From Octopus sinensis (lineage: Eukaryota): 27,435 nt of DNA. This document shows positions 10,442 to 22,319 of this stretch, piece by piece. Made by a program: the position numbers and the translations under genes. Position 1 is the stretch's first letter. Each line of letters begins with the position of its first letter. The notes under the pieces were generated by a model. The model saw only the letters and a list, made by a program, of their open reading frames with translations. It was not told the origin of the DNA and made no database searches. The stretch is taken from the NCBI RefSeq assembly GCF_006345805.1, contig NW_021834048.1, positions 1 through 27,435 on the forward strand, read 5' to 3'.

Positions 10442-10473
<32 letters not shown>

Positions 10474-10634
10474 CGTGGACAGATATGGATATATATTTAT
10501 GCATATACATACATGTATAAATTTGTGTGTGTGTGCATATACATATATATGTATGTATATATATGTGTGTGTATATACACATATATATATGTACATATAT
10601 ATGTGTGTATATATATATACATATATATATGTAC

Positions 10635-10665
<31 letters not shown>

Positions 10666-10705
10666 TGTATGTATGTATGTATGTATGTATGTGTGTATGT
10701 GTGTG
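10250..10705. repeat. (TA)/(TATG)/(TG)n microsatellite block
   Basis: Directly visible. Confidence 0.95.
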
Positions 10706-10934
10706 GGAGCGTAGGTTCTAATTACCATAGAGCAGCTTAGCGCTGCGTTTCATCTTCGCTAAAACAAAGTGACAGTTTTCACACATGGCTGTGTTCGCTT
10801 CTTTCAGCTCACTGATTTTCCTAACCTCCACGTCGCAAGAAGATACGCAACCACACACACACACACACACTATGTATGTATGTGTGCGTGTGTGGTGTAT
10901 ACACAAAGGATTAAAGGTAGAGCGACTTTATCAT

Positions 10935-11202
10935 CTGTGTTATATATATAAGATATATATTATATATATATATATAAAACATTTGATACATATATAAAAA
11001 TATATATATCCATATATATATATATACATATATATACATAGTATCATATATATCCATATATATATATATATATCATAGATATATATATACGTATATACAT
11101 ATATATCCATATATATATATATTGATTTTGTCAGTAAATCTCTCTTTAAAGATATATATGTCGTATATGGAAACATACACACACACACACACACACACAC
11201 AT

Positions 11203-11235
<33 letters not shown>

Positions 11236-11425
11236 CTCAATACTCACAGTTAAACAGTTAGGTAGACAGTTAGATATATTAATGGATGTGTGTGTGTGTT
11301 TGGTACAAGAGTATAGTGAGTTTTGGGTTTTGTATGTGTGTAGGCGTGCGTATATATGTATGTGTCTGCGTGGGTGGGTGTATGTGTGTGTGTATGCGTG
11401 TGTGTTTGAGAGAGAGAGAGAGACA
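10935..11425. repeat. (TA)/(CA)/(TG)/(GA)n microsatellite block
   Basis: Directly visible. Confidence 0.9.
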
Positions 11426-11589
11426 AGTGTGTGTGCTGCTGCTGTTGCGTCTCGAAACAATTTACAGTGACACGCATTCAACGCCTCTTTGAAGTGGCTC
11501 GAACTGCTAGAAAGAGGAGCCAAATCCCTACAATTCTCTCATAACCTTCTTCAAGATAAATAACACTGTATAATGTTGCCATTTATGTA

Positions 11590-11750
11590 TGTGGCACCGC
11601 CTCAAAGAATTTTTAGACGAATGAATCAGCCCCAGTACTTATTTTTTTTAAAGCGTGGTTTTTATTCTATCGGTTTCTTTTGCCGAACCGCTACGTTACA
11701 GGGACGTAAACACACCAACACCAAGCGATGGAGGGAGACAAACACACACA
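11590..11750 (-). mobile_element. SINE family B, 3' half
   Basis: Reverse complement ggtgttggtgtgtttacgtccctgtaacgtagcggttcggcaaaagaaaccgatagaataa matches the 3' parts at 15925-15995 and 27210-27243. Confidence 0.8.
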
Positions 11751-11771
11751 TACATATGTACACATATATAT

Positions 11772-11962
11772 ATGCGTAGCCGTATTTCGTCTGCCGTTAG
11801 GTTCTGAGTTCAAATTCCGCCGAAGTCGACTTTGCCTTTCAACCTTTCGAGGTCGATAAATTAAGTACCAGTTACGCACTGGGTCGATATAACCGACTTA
11901 ATCTGTTTGTCTGTCCTTGTTTGTCCCCTCTGTGTGTAGCCCCTTGTGGGTAGTAAAGAAAT
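11772..11962 (+). mobile_element. SINE family A, 5'-truncated
   Basis: High similarity to 8299-8490 (atgcgtagccgtatttc...ttgtgggtagtaaagaaat). Confidence 0.9.
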
Positions 11963-12479
11963 ATATATATATATATGTGATTTGGAAAATGCAGCATTGA
12001 CGACAAAACATTTGTAGAGTAAATGATGGGCTAATTCGACTAAGCGACATGTCATGCGTGCGTTTGGAGGGATTCCAGGCCTTAATCTATCATGGAAAAT
12101 TGGGGGGTGAGGTGTATGTGATATTTGAACGCACTGAAAAGCTGTCAGTAGATATATTCTCCTTTGCGGCGGTCGACGCTGCGTGTAACACGACCCATCG
12201 TATGGTTGACAGTCGAATGAATGTAGATGTAATGGAGATATTGTACGTAAATGGGTGCACTCCGGAAAGGGGCTGCAATGGGAGACGGCAAGGGGAAAGT
12301 GAACTGTTGAAATGTGGCAGAAGGCGAAGGGTTGATATTGAATTGCTGGTGTGACTGTAGAATAAGAGACATAAACCGAGCTTATGCAATCACATGAGAA
12401 TACGTGGTAATGAATTACTTGTGAAAATAATAAAGTGTAATGGCTTACTGCCTGGTTGGTGGGAATAATTGAAGAATAT

Positions 12480-13435
12480 GCTTTGAAACTGCTTTGTTGG
12501 TGTTGTCTTTGGGTTTGTTGGTTTTATGCCGAAATGGTATCCATCCAGAGCAGTGGATACTGGAGCGCATCGTAGGATGTAGTAATTCCTACAAAAACCT
12601 CCTGGTGAACAATATTCTTTGATTTCCCTTGCAGAACAAATGCAAATAGATTTTTCTTTTTGCTTACTACTCTAAAGCAGACGACATTTAATCGCTCGTG
12701 TGATAAGCATGACTCTTCAAAGTAAAGTTCTGACACAGACAGTGTTTGACCCTGAAATGTATTGATAGACATTGCAAAGCTGATACGAATAGGAAATTGT
12801 ACTCTTCTGAATGAAAAAGGAATTTCTACTCCCAATGGAATGAGAGGAATTCTGGGTATGAAAACATCCTCTCCTTTTCCACATTCTGAGAGAACGGCGG
12901 CCTAAATAACATGTAGCATCATCTTCTTTACCACCAGGCGTGTCTCATCGCAGGGTGTTGGTGGATCTAAACTCCTCAATAACATTACTGGAGTTCCCAC
13001 TTTCATTTCCAATCTGTGGGGAGATAGTCCTGGAGGCTCCAACGAATTGAGAAATTCTCTTGGATAATTTAACACCTCTTCTGGATCTAGGATTGTATCA
13101 ACTGGCTTATAGATGTGAGGACTTCCAGGAAGGTACTGCAGTAGCTGCTCATTAATTTTACTTATTGTGTTATTTTTTGGAGCCAATCGAAATTGTGAAA
13201 ATTTTTAGACCAATGGATTTAAGGAGAGAATCAATTTCTGAAAGTGACTTCGCAAAGAGTTACCTCCCTTCTCCAAGTAACCCTGGAACGGATATTTTAT
13301 GCACCCAGGGGACCCGTTACTCATTATGTGAAAAGTTTTAAGAGTCTAAAACCATCTCGGGAACATAAGTAATGTATGTTCCCAGTTTGGAGGAAATCAG
13401 TTGAAAAATACAAACATAACAGACAGAACGGAATT

Positions 13436-13445
<10 letters not shown>
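12480..13445 (-). mobile_element. Helitron deletion derivative: PIF1-type helicase C-terminal fragment, Rep-side fragment and putative 5' terminal region
   Basis: Minus strand: APKN..INEQLLQYLPG..Y..VDTI..YPREFLNSLEPPGLSPHRLEMKVGTPVMLLRSLDP..TRLVVK (13186-12902), FIPRIPLIP, FSFRRVQFPIRISFAMSIN..QGQTL..KNIVHQEV (12835-12595), all classic Helitron helicase motifs. SYDALQYPLL and DGYHFGIK follow. 13330-13445 resembles a Helitron-type terminal region (TATATA-aataaattccgttctgtctgtt..., hairpin at 13359-13383). The 3' end was not located. Confidence 0.9.
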
Positions 13446-13520
<75 letters not shown>

Positions 13521-13605
13521 TTTTATGTATGTATGTATGTATGTATGTATGTATGTATGTATGTATGTATGTATGTGTGTGTGTATATATATATATATAT
13601 GCGTA
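13440..13605. repeat. (TA)n(TATG)n microsatellite
   Basis: Directly visible. Confidence 0.95.
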
Positions 13606-13885
13606 TGCATGGGACTGTATTGTATTCCCTCACCTCCTTGTATTTGCTATAAGCGTACTACTGTTACACTAACAGTGTGTGTATGTGTGTGTATATGCGT
13701 GTGTGGATATGCGTGTGTGTTTGTGTGTGTGAAGAATAATAAAATGGAAATATTAAACTTAATAAAATTAATTATAAACAAAAATCGATTATTATCTCTT
13801 ACAGCTGTTTCAATTAAGCTTAATCTCAGTATTTCTTTGGATGATACCATCCCTTTATGAGGGTATTATAACCTCTATTTGCATT

Positions 13886-14195
<310 letters not shown>

Positions 14196-14361
14196 CGTAT
14201 ACAAAGGGCTTCTTTCTGTCTCCGTTAATGAAATCCACTCATCGCAATGTTTTGGTCGACCCAAAGCTATAGTAGAAGACACTTGCCCAACGTGCTATGC
14301 AGTGGGACTGAACCTGGAACCTTGTGGTTGGGAAGCAAAACTTCTTACGACACAGCCACGC
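14196..14361 (-). mobile_element. SINE family B, 5' half (tRNA head + core)
   Basis: Reverse complement gcgtggctgtgtcgtaagaagttttgcttcccaaccacaaggttccaggttcagtcccactgcatagcacgttgggcaagtgtcttctactatagc... matches 26630-26780. Confidence 0.88.
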
Positions 14362-14429
14362 TTCTGTGTAGGTGGGTGTATATATGTGTGCGTGTGTGTA
14401 GATATATATATTTACATAGACAGATAAAT

Positions 14430-14440
14430 GAATAGAATAC

Positions 14441-14481
<41 letters not shown>

Positions 14482-14860
14482 GGCAGATAGATAGATACAT
14501 ACATACATACATACATACATACATACACACATACATACATACATGCATACATACATACATACACACATACATACATACATACACCTACATACATACATAC
14601 ATGCATACATACATACATACATGCATGCATACATACATACATACATACATACACACATACATACATGCATACATACATACATACATACACACATATATAC
14701 ATACATGCATACATACATACATACATACATACATACATACATACATACACACACACATACATACATACATGCATACATACATACATACATACATACATAC
14801 ATACACAACATACATACATACATACATACATACATACATACATACATACATACATACATA
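14430..14860. repeat. (ACAG)n/(ATAC)n microsatellite
   Basis: Directly visible. Confidence 0.95.
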
Positions 14861-15470
14861 ATGTGTTCGTTGGAGAAAGAGAGTATTCAATATTTTCACA
14901 AATTTGCCACAAAAGCCGTTTAAATTTCTCCAAAGAATATTCATTTGTTAGTTTCGTATTTTTTCTTCTTTTTTTTTTCTTTTGTTAGTAAATGATTTAC
15001 AAATTTGAAGACGTATTAAAGTGAATTATTATTTTCTAACAAGTGTTGATATCTTGAAACAAGACGACAATTGGAATTCGTTTTTATCATATTATTTTTA
15101 TTCTATTTGTTTTTTATTATATTATTTGCTAGCTTATAGAGTTTATTGTTTAGGATACTTGAATGTATAATTCCAGTGAAATATATTTGTCTATTTAACG
15201 CGGATATATTGAGAGAAAATTGCATAGTTTTTTGTGTGAACTAATGTAATTTCAAAACGCAACTAAAAAGAAACGACAAAACCGCCATGAAAACAACGGA
15301 GAACAGGATGAAAGTCCAACGTATACCTACACCAAACAAACTTAATTAACAGGCGACTATTTGTCTCTAAAACGACTGGTTTCTTTCTGTGTCTTTCCCT
15401 CACTTGCTTAATCTCGACCTTCCAACTTAAATTTCAATACGAAAGAGTTTGAATCATGATGAATTAAACA

Positions 15471-15501
<31 letters not shown>

Positions 15502-15611
15502 CTTCTTGATTTTGCTTTTTGCCTTTTTTGTTTGGATAAATACAAATGAAGTTTCAAAAATATACGTTTAAGACGAAAAAAGAAATCAATTTTTTTGTGA
15601 AATTTTGTTCT

Positions 15612-16006
15612 GGTGTGGCTGTGTGGTAAGAAGCTTGTTTACCAACCACATGGTTCCAGGTTCAGTCCCACCGCGTGACATCTTGAGCAAGTGTCTTCTG
15701 CTATAGCCTCAGACTGACCAAAGCCTTGTGGATAGAATTGATAGACGGAAACTGAAAGAAGCCCATTGTATATGTGTGTGTGTGTGTATGTGTGTATGTA
15801 TGTATGTATTTATGTATGTACGGATGTATGTATGTATGTATATATACGTGTGTGTGTGTATGTGTGTGTATACGTGTGTGTGTGTGTGTCTGTGTGCCTG
15901 TGTATTGTTCCCCATTAATACTTGACAACGGGTTTTGGTGTGTTTACCTCCTCGTAACTTAGCGGTTTCGCCAAAGATCGATAGAATAAGTACCAGGCTT
16001 TAAAAT
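15612..16006 (+). mobile_element. SINE family B with an internal (TG/TATG)n tract
   Basis: A-box-like tggctgtgtggtaag, B-box-like ggttcagtccc, core ttgagcaagtgtcttctgctatagcc...gacggaaactgaaagaagccc, microsatellite at 15770-15890, 3' part ttgacaac..ggtgtgttta..cgtaacttagcggtt..gatagaataagtaccaggc. The gcaagt core recalls CORE-SINEs (unverified). Confidence 0.88.
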
Positions 16007-16014
16007 GCCTGGTA

Positions 16015-16021
16015 TAATAAC

Positions 16022-16076
<55 letters not shown>
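16015..16076. repeat. (AAT)n tract flanking the LINE 5' end
   Basis: Directly visible. Confidence 0.95.
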
Positions 16077-16077
<1 letters not shown>

Positions 16078-17594
16078 AGGAAAGGATCAGGAGAGAATGC
16101 TATCGAAGAGTGAGAGCAATACTCAAGACAGAGCTGAATGCAAGAAACAGGATCGAAGCAATCAATGCATTAGCTATACCAGTCGTGACTTACAGTTTCA
16201 ATATTGTTAACTGGTCAATTACTGAAATATGTCAGCTCGACAGAAAAATAAGGAAACTGTTGACAATGCATAGAATGCACCACCCTAAGGCAGATACAGA
16301 ACGACTCTATCTGCAAGAAAAGAGGGAGGCCGTGGTCTTTTGCAACTGGCAATAACAATGAAGATTGCTACAATTGGCCTAGACACCTACCTGAAAAACT
16401 CTGAGGACTGGATGTTAAAACTTGTCTCAAAACATGAAAACAAGAAAGCATCATACTCAGTCACAAAACAGGCAAAGGAATATCTAAGTGAATTCCGAAT
16501 ACAACCAATTTCGGAATTAGAGATAGACATACAAGAAACAAGCACAGAAAAAGCTAGGCGCGTGAAAACCCGTGCCAAAACTGCGGCCTTAGATATTCTG
16601 AATAATAAATGGCAAGAAAAACCTCTCTATGGCAAATACCCAAAGAGAGCGAATAATGCAGATATCGACAAAGCCCTGACCCATCAATGGCTAATGGCCT
16701 CTGGCTTAAAATCTGAAACAGAGGGGTTTATCATAGCAGCTCAAGATCAATGCCTACCAACAAGAAACTACCAGGCCAACATATTAAAGATCAGAAGCAG
16801 TCCAACGTGTCGTGTATGCAAGCAACAAAATGAAACCATTGACCATGTGGTCTCCAAGTGCAGTCTTCTAGCGCCTACAGAGTATCTCAACAGGCACGAT
16901 AGAGCTGCACAATATATTCACTGGGTAATCTGTAAAAACCTGGATTTGCCCATGAAAAAACTGGTGGGAACACAAACCACCCCCCGTGCTTGAAAATGAC
17001 CACATCTCACTCCTCTGGAACTTCACCATTCAAACTGACAGGAAGATAGATGCAAATAGGCCAGACATCATATTGAAAGACTTCAAACAAAGAACATGCC
17101 TCCTCATTGATATGACTGTCCCAATCGATATAAACGTATCTGTCAGGACCTACCAAAAAACTGAGCAAATATAAAGATCTTGAAATAGAAATCAGCAAAA
17201 TGTGGAAGCTGAAGACTAAAACAATACCTGTTGTCATAGGTGCCCTGGGAATGATAGCAAAAGGGGCTGATAGCTACCTAACTCAGATACCAGGAAACCC
17301 AAAAATGGCAGAAGTTCAAAAGATAGTGCTCATGGAACTGCTCATATCCTACGCAAAATATCTCTCTATGTAACCTCAAGGTTTAAAACAACCATAATTT
17401 TCGGTTTAAAAAAAAAAAAAAAAAAAAAACTTTTTTTTTTTAGACATTCATTAGTACAAACACATCCCCACCCCCCAAATATATGGCACACTAGGCATAA
17501 CAACAACATGAACTTCCAACCCTGTTGTCTCTTGAGGTCTCTGGGTGAGACTTGGAGCCAACTTGTACAAATATAAAGCAAAAGTCAAACATAG
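16077..17594 (+). mobile_element. R4/Dong-clade non-LTR retrotransposon, 5'-truncated (post-RT region, CCHC knuckle, RLE endonuclease, 3' UTR)
   Basis: Joined frames: AINALAIPVVTYSF..W..LDRKIRKLLTMHRMHHPKADTERLYL..EGGRGL; WQEKPLYGKY; ETEGFIIAAQDQCLPTRNY; CRVC...ETIDHVVSKC (16808-16861); RHD; LWNFTIQTDRKIDANRPDII (PD at 17061-66)..LIDMTVPID..KYKDLEIEISKMW..IPVVIGALG..QKIVLMGTAHILRK. Only about 3 frameshifts and no in-frame stops seen. Confidence 0.93.
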
Positions 17595-17606
17595 AATAAT
17601 AATAAT

Positions 17607-17808
17607 CTTTTTTATTGAAGGCACAAGGCCTGAAATTTGGGGAGAGGGGACTAGTCCATTAGATCGATTCCAGTACACAACTGGTACTTAATTTATCGAC
17701 CCCGAAAGGATGAAAGGCAAAGTCGACCTCGGGAGATTTTGAACTCAGAACGTAAAGACGGACGAAATACCGCTAAATATTTCGCCCGGTGTCCTAACGA
17801 TTTTACCG
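17607..17808 (-). mobile_element. SINE family A, near full-length
   Basis: Reverse complement contains gttctgagttcaaaatctcccgaggtcgactttgcctttcatcctttcggggtcgataaattaagtaccagtt; its ATT tail is the (AAT)4 at 17595-17606. Confidence 0.9.
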
Positions 17809-17829
17809 ACAACAGTAATGATAATAATT

Positions 17830-19510
17830 GCTTGGAGAGCACAAAATATGGAGAAAATGGTAAATGAAAGTATGGAAGATCGAAATACGGAATTGACTGG
17901 AGGAAAACAAAGACTTGGGAAAGTGAACATCAGATGTAGAATATTATAAGGTGATAGCCTATCTCCACGTACCGCTCAGTTTGATATCATGAAAAGTTGA
18001 AATAGCTTATGATTTGGGGAAAAGGATATGGTCAGGTAAATCATCTCCTTTTTATAGATGATATAAAGCTTTGTGTGAAATATAGGAAGCAGCTTGAAAG
18101 GTCTAGTTCAAGCTGTTCGCGCTGTCTCAAATGATGTAGGTGTGAATTTGGGGATGGAGAAGTGGACTATATTGATAATGAAATGAGGAAGATTTGAAGG
18201 AAGCTAGGGAATTGAAATGCCAAATGGGCAAACAATGAATGAAAGCAGTTGAGAAAGGGCAGTGGTACAAGTATTTGCGAATATTGGAGGGAGATTCCAC
18301 AAATTAGCAGTAGAGAGTATACAAGGAGAGTGAGAAATATATTACGGTCCGAATTGAAGTTTTAAAATGTTATTGAAGCAATAAATACCAGAGCAATACC
18401 AGTGATCAGATATGGAACTGGAATTGTAGATTGGACCAGAAGGGATATACAGAAACTTAACAGAAAAACTAGAAAGCTGTTGACAATGTATGGAGCCCGC
18501 CAGACAAAAGCTTGTATGAACCGATTGTATTTGAAGAGAGATCTGCGTGGAAGAGGCTTAATTGTTGTGGAAGAGTGTACAGATGGAAAGAAGAAGTCTA
18601 CTAGAATATTTTCAGAGCAATACAGAGAAATGCAGGACAGAAAAAGCACAGGTGATCAAGTGTGGAATAGGAGAAAAGGACGAGAATGAAATTCAAAGTG
18701 AGCATGTTAAACAGACTGAAGAGAAGAAGTTGTATGCGGAACAAAAATCTGGGCTTGGTTAAAAAGAAAAGGCAATTAAAAAAGAAACGGAGCCTTATTA
18801 CAGCAGCTCAAGATCAAGCATTAAAAACTAACAACTTGAGAGAAAATGTATATGGGGAGGATATTCAGAAAAACGTACAATCTGTGGAACATGGAACGAG
18901 ACAGTGGCACATGTTGTTGCAGAATGTTCCAAGATGGCACAAGAAGAATATAAGAAATGAAGGCATGACCAAGTTGTGAAAGTTTGGCACGAGAAGCTTT
19001 GTCAAAAAAGGGGGATTCGAAGCTGATTTGAAGGGAACTTGATATGATTGGATTGAAAGAGTGCTTGAGTCGGAAAAATGCAAGATTTTATGGGATTTTC
19101 CTATTTAAACGGACAAGAAGCTAGAAAATAATAAACCAGATATAACAATAATAGAGAAAGAAAAGCGAAGTTGAGTACAAATTGATCCATCGTGTCTATT
19201 TGATTCCAGGATTGTAAAGAAAGAAGATGAAAAATTTTAAAACTGCAATCCCTTAAAATTTTAAATTGCTAGAAATTGAAGCATAAAAACTTTTAATAAT
19301 TAGTACATAGGAACTGTGAGCAATGGTATAGACAAACAGTTGAAGGAGATTGAAAGAGAATGTCCTGAACCGTTTTACAGAAATGGTTGCCTCTTAGGAA
19401 CAGGAATGATTATCAGAAGGGTTTTGAGTCTTGAAAGATTATTGAAGACTTGTGGATATTTAAGGTTACAGGTAGTAACCCACTTCCCACATAAATTCCA
19501 CCAAGAATAA
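17830..19510 (+). mobile_element. Second R4/Dong-like RLE LINE family, older decayed copy including the RT 3' part
   Basis: I.CRIL*GDSLSP (~17930-17970, QGDSLSP motif), VNHLLFIDDIKL (FIDD at 18051-62), YKYL, AIPVIRYGTGIVDW..RKTRKLLTMY..RLYLKRDLRGRGL, LITAAQDQALKT, knuckle (R)TICGTWNETVAHVVAEC, RHD, LWDFPI*TDKKLENNKPDI, CLLGTGMIIRRV. Many stops and frameshifts. Confidence 0.88.
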
Positions 19511-19544
19511 AACCAATCCTCGCTCAAATCGAATAATATATAGA

Positions 19545-19720
19545 CAGGTTTCCGCACGATTTCCTCCAGTTACCAAATTCTCATTCTCAAAGTCACAAAG
19601 TCATCTTGAACAGATCAACCTGTAGTTATAATGAAAACAGTTATAATACAGCAGCACAGGCCGAAGGTACCGAGTAAGGAGAGGGGGGACGTTTGAAATG
19701 GAAATCATATGGTCACGTGG
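19545..19720 (-). mobile_element. Degenerate family B/C-like SINE fragment
   Basis: caggtttccgcacgatttcc..taccaaattc is similar to the reverse complement of the gatttggtagacggaaactgtgcggaagccc core. Confidence 0.4.
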
Positions 19721-20084
19721 TAATCCTCGAAACTTAGAACTATTGCGATATTATATATTGTGACTGGACCATTCATTTTTTTTTTTCATTTTTTTTTCAT
19801 GAAAAGTGTATTATATTGAATAGATGAAAGAATATGAAGAATATCAAGAACACAAAAACAGAAAATAAAACGTACTTCGTTACAATGGGGAGTTCTTTCT
19901 TGTCGTATTTTAAAATTCTTGTTGCTTGTTTCTTGTTTTCGTACTCCTCGTTTTCAAAAATAAAATGGGAAAAGAATGAAATTCTATTCAATTTTGACCT
20001 TTCTTTATAAAAAAATTTCTTTGCTCAATAGAAACGGTGTTTCTTGCAGTTCCGGACAGAAAGGGAATCTGCGAGAAGGAATGA

Positions 20085-20106
20085 AAGAGGAAAAAGGGGA
20101 GAAGAA

Positions 20107-20163
<57 letters not shown>

Positions 20164-20500
20164 GGGAAGAAAGAAGGAAAGAAGAGAGGAAAGAAAGAAA
20201 GAAAACGGAAGATGAAAGTATATAGAAGAGGTGAAATGGAGAAAGTCAAAGAAAGGAAAAGAAAGAAAGAAAGAAAAAAGATAGATAAAGGAAAAGAAAA
20301 AGAAAGAATGGGTGAATGAGAAAGTGTGAAAGAGAAACAAAGGAAGGAAAAAGAAAGAATGGGAGAAGGACAGAAAGAAAAAGAAAGAATGAGAAAAAAT
20401 ATATGGAAGGAAAAGAAAGAAGGATAAGAACAGAATGAGTAAAGAAAAAGAAAGGGGAAAGTAAAGAAAAGTATTAGAGAAAAATAAGAGACAACAAACA
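20085..20500. repeat. (GAAA)n / purine-rich low-complexity tract
   Basis: Directly visible. Confidence 0.92.
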
Positions 20501-20504
20501 ACAT

Positions 20505-20574
20505 AAGAATAATAATAATAATAATAACAGTAATAATGATAATAATAATGAGATATAATATAATAATCATAATA

Positions 20575-20616
<42 letters not shown>

Positions 20617-20702
20617 TAATAATACAGTAATAATAATAATAATGATGATAATAAAATAATAATAATAATAATAATAACAGTAATAATGATAATAATAATA
20701 TG

Positions 20703-20735
<33 letters not shown>

Positions 20736-20758
20736 GTAATAATAATAAGAATAGTAAT

Positions 20759-20794
<36 letters not shown>

Positions 20795-21185
20795 TAATAA
20801 TATATAAAGGCAATAACAATAATAATATAACAACACAACAACAAAATATAATAATAATATAATAATAAAATAAATAACAAATAATGATATAATAAGGATG
20901 ATGATAATAATAATAATAATAATAATAATATAATAATAATAATGATAATAATAATATTAATAAAACAACAATAATAATAATAATAAAATAATAAATAACA
21001 GCATAATAATAACAACAACAATAACATAATAATATATTAATAAGACAATAATAATAATTAACAACTAACAATAATAATAATAAGAAGAAGAATAAAAGAA
21101 GAAGAAGAAGAAGAACAACAACAACACAACAACACATAATATAATAATAATAATAATATAATTAAATAATAATAATAATATAAAG
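20505..21185. repeat. Long degenerate (AAT)n tract
   Basis: About 680 bp of aat with aac/aag/gat variants. Confidence 0.95.
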
Positions 21186-21449
21186 TAATAAGCTAGCGTT
21201 AATCTAGTTTTGAGGCGACATTTTTCACATCCTGCTCACGTTAAGATGAAGTGTATCTCAATTGTGGCTGAACAATACAACGAGTGTAGAGTGTGAATGA
21301 TTATTTAAGATAATCAATATATCGAATGACGGGCGACTACATCAGGTGGGAGATCGATCGGCTGGTAGATAGATAGACCAGTAGGTACCGTGGTATGAAT
21401 ATATATGTGTGTATTGTTCGTGGTAGTTAGAACGCAGGTAGGTTGGTAC

Positions 21450-21487
21450 ATATATATATAATATAATATGTCATATGTGTGTGTAGG

Positions 21488-21518
<31 letters not shown>

Positions 21519-21765
21519 TACATACTATATCTATATATTATATATATATATATATACATATATACATATATATATACATATATATATACAAAATACAGGA
21601 TATTTTATACATATATATATCTACATATTGTACATAACACACCCACACACACATAATATATATATATATATATACATATATATATTATAATCTATATACA
21701 TATATATATATACATGCATACATACGTTTATATATATGCATACATATCTATATGTATGAATATAT
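21450..21765. repeat. (TA)/(CA)n microsatellite block
   Basis: Directly visible. Confidence 0.9.
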
Positions 21766-21870
21766 ATGGTGACGCAACATAGTTGCAACGTCCCATCATT
21801 ACAGGCTGTGTCCCAGCATGGCCACGGCCTTTGGACTGAAACGCATAAGAGTAATAGTAAAAAAAAAATT

Positions 21871-22284
21871 CAGTGGAATCTCGGTATACGAACGCCTCTC
21901 ATCACGAACAAATCGATTTATGAGTAAGTTTTCGAACGTAAAATGTCGCGAGTAACGAACGGCGTTTTAAATAACGAACTATGTTTCGAGTAAAGAACTA
22001 TGTTTCGAGTAACGAACGCTGTTTCGAGTAACGAACGCTGTTTCGAGTAACGAACGCTGTTTCGAGTAACGAATGGTGTTTCGAGTAACGAACACGCAAG
22101 CCGGCAACAACAATTGGCAACAAGCTGGGAGTATCAGCAGCAGAAAGTCAGTTGCTGTGTAGCTTTCACTAAGTGCACATCCTCTTGAATTTGCTACGAG
22201 AAAAATAGTTTCGGTATACGTACATTTTGTGTCACGGACGGTCTTGGGGAACGAATTAAATTCGTAAATCGAGGTTCCACTCTG
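21871..22284. mobile_element. Tigger/pogo-type (Tc1/mariner superfamily) MITE
   Basis: Left TIR cagtggaatctcggtatacgaa (21871-); right TIR ttcgtaaatcgaggttccact(ct)g (22261-22284) followed by TA. No coding capacity. Confidence 0.8.
21945..22096 (+). repeat. 19-bp minisatellite, 8 copies, inside the MITE
   Basis: Consensus gtttcgagtaacgaacgct; units start at 21945, 21964, 21983, 22002, 22021, 22040, 22059 and 22078, with no spacers. Confidence 0.93.
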
Positions 22285-22319
22285 TATGAAGGGGAATGAC
22301 CTACTGTATAGAGTATTGC

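Noticed and set aside
12049-12389. 101-aa (+) and 99-aa (-) non-repetitive ORFs next to the Helitron
   Set aside because: No recognisable motif; more likely internal or flanking non-coding repeat sequence. A Helitron 3' hairpin/CTRR was looked for and not convincingly found.
15991-16014. 8-bp hairpin taccaggc/gcctggta at the SINE B 3' end
   Set aside because: Short, probably partly SINE-derived, and not seen in the other copies.
20025-21137. 370-aa minus-strand ORF and other long Y/I/L/V/C-rich ORFs in the track
   Set aside because: Translations of (AAT)n, (GAAA)n, (TA)n and (TATG)n microsatellites that lack stop codons in some frames.
21945-22096. CRISPR-like appearance of the 19-bp array
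   Set aside because: Units are directly adjacent with no spacers, lie inside a MITE in eukaryotic DNA, and no cas genes are present.
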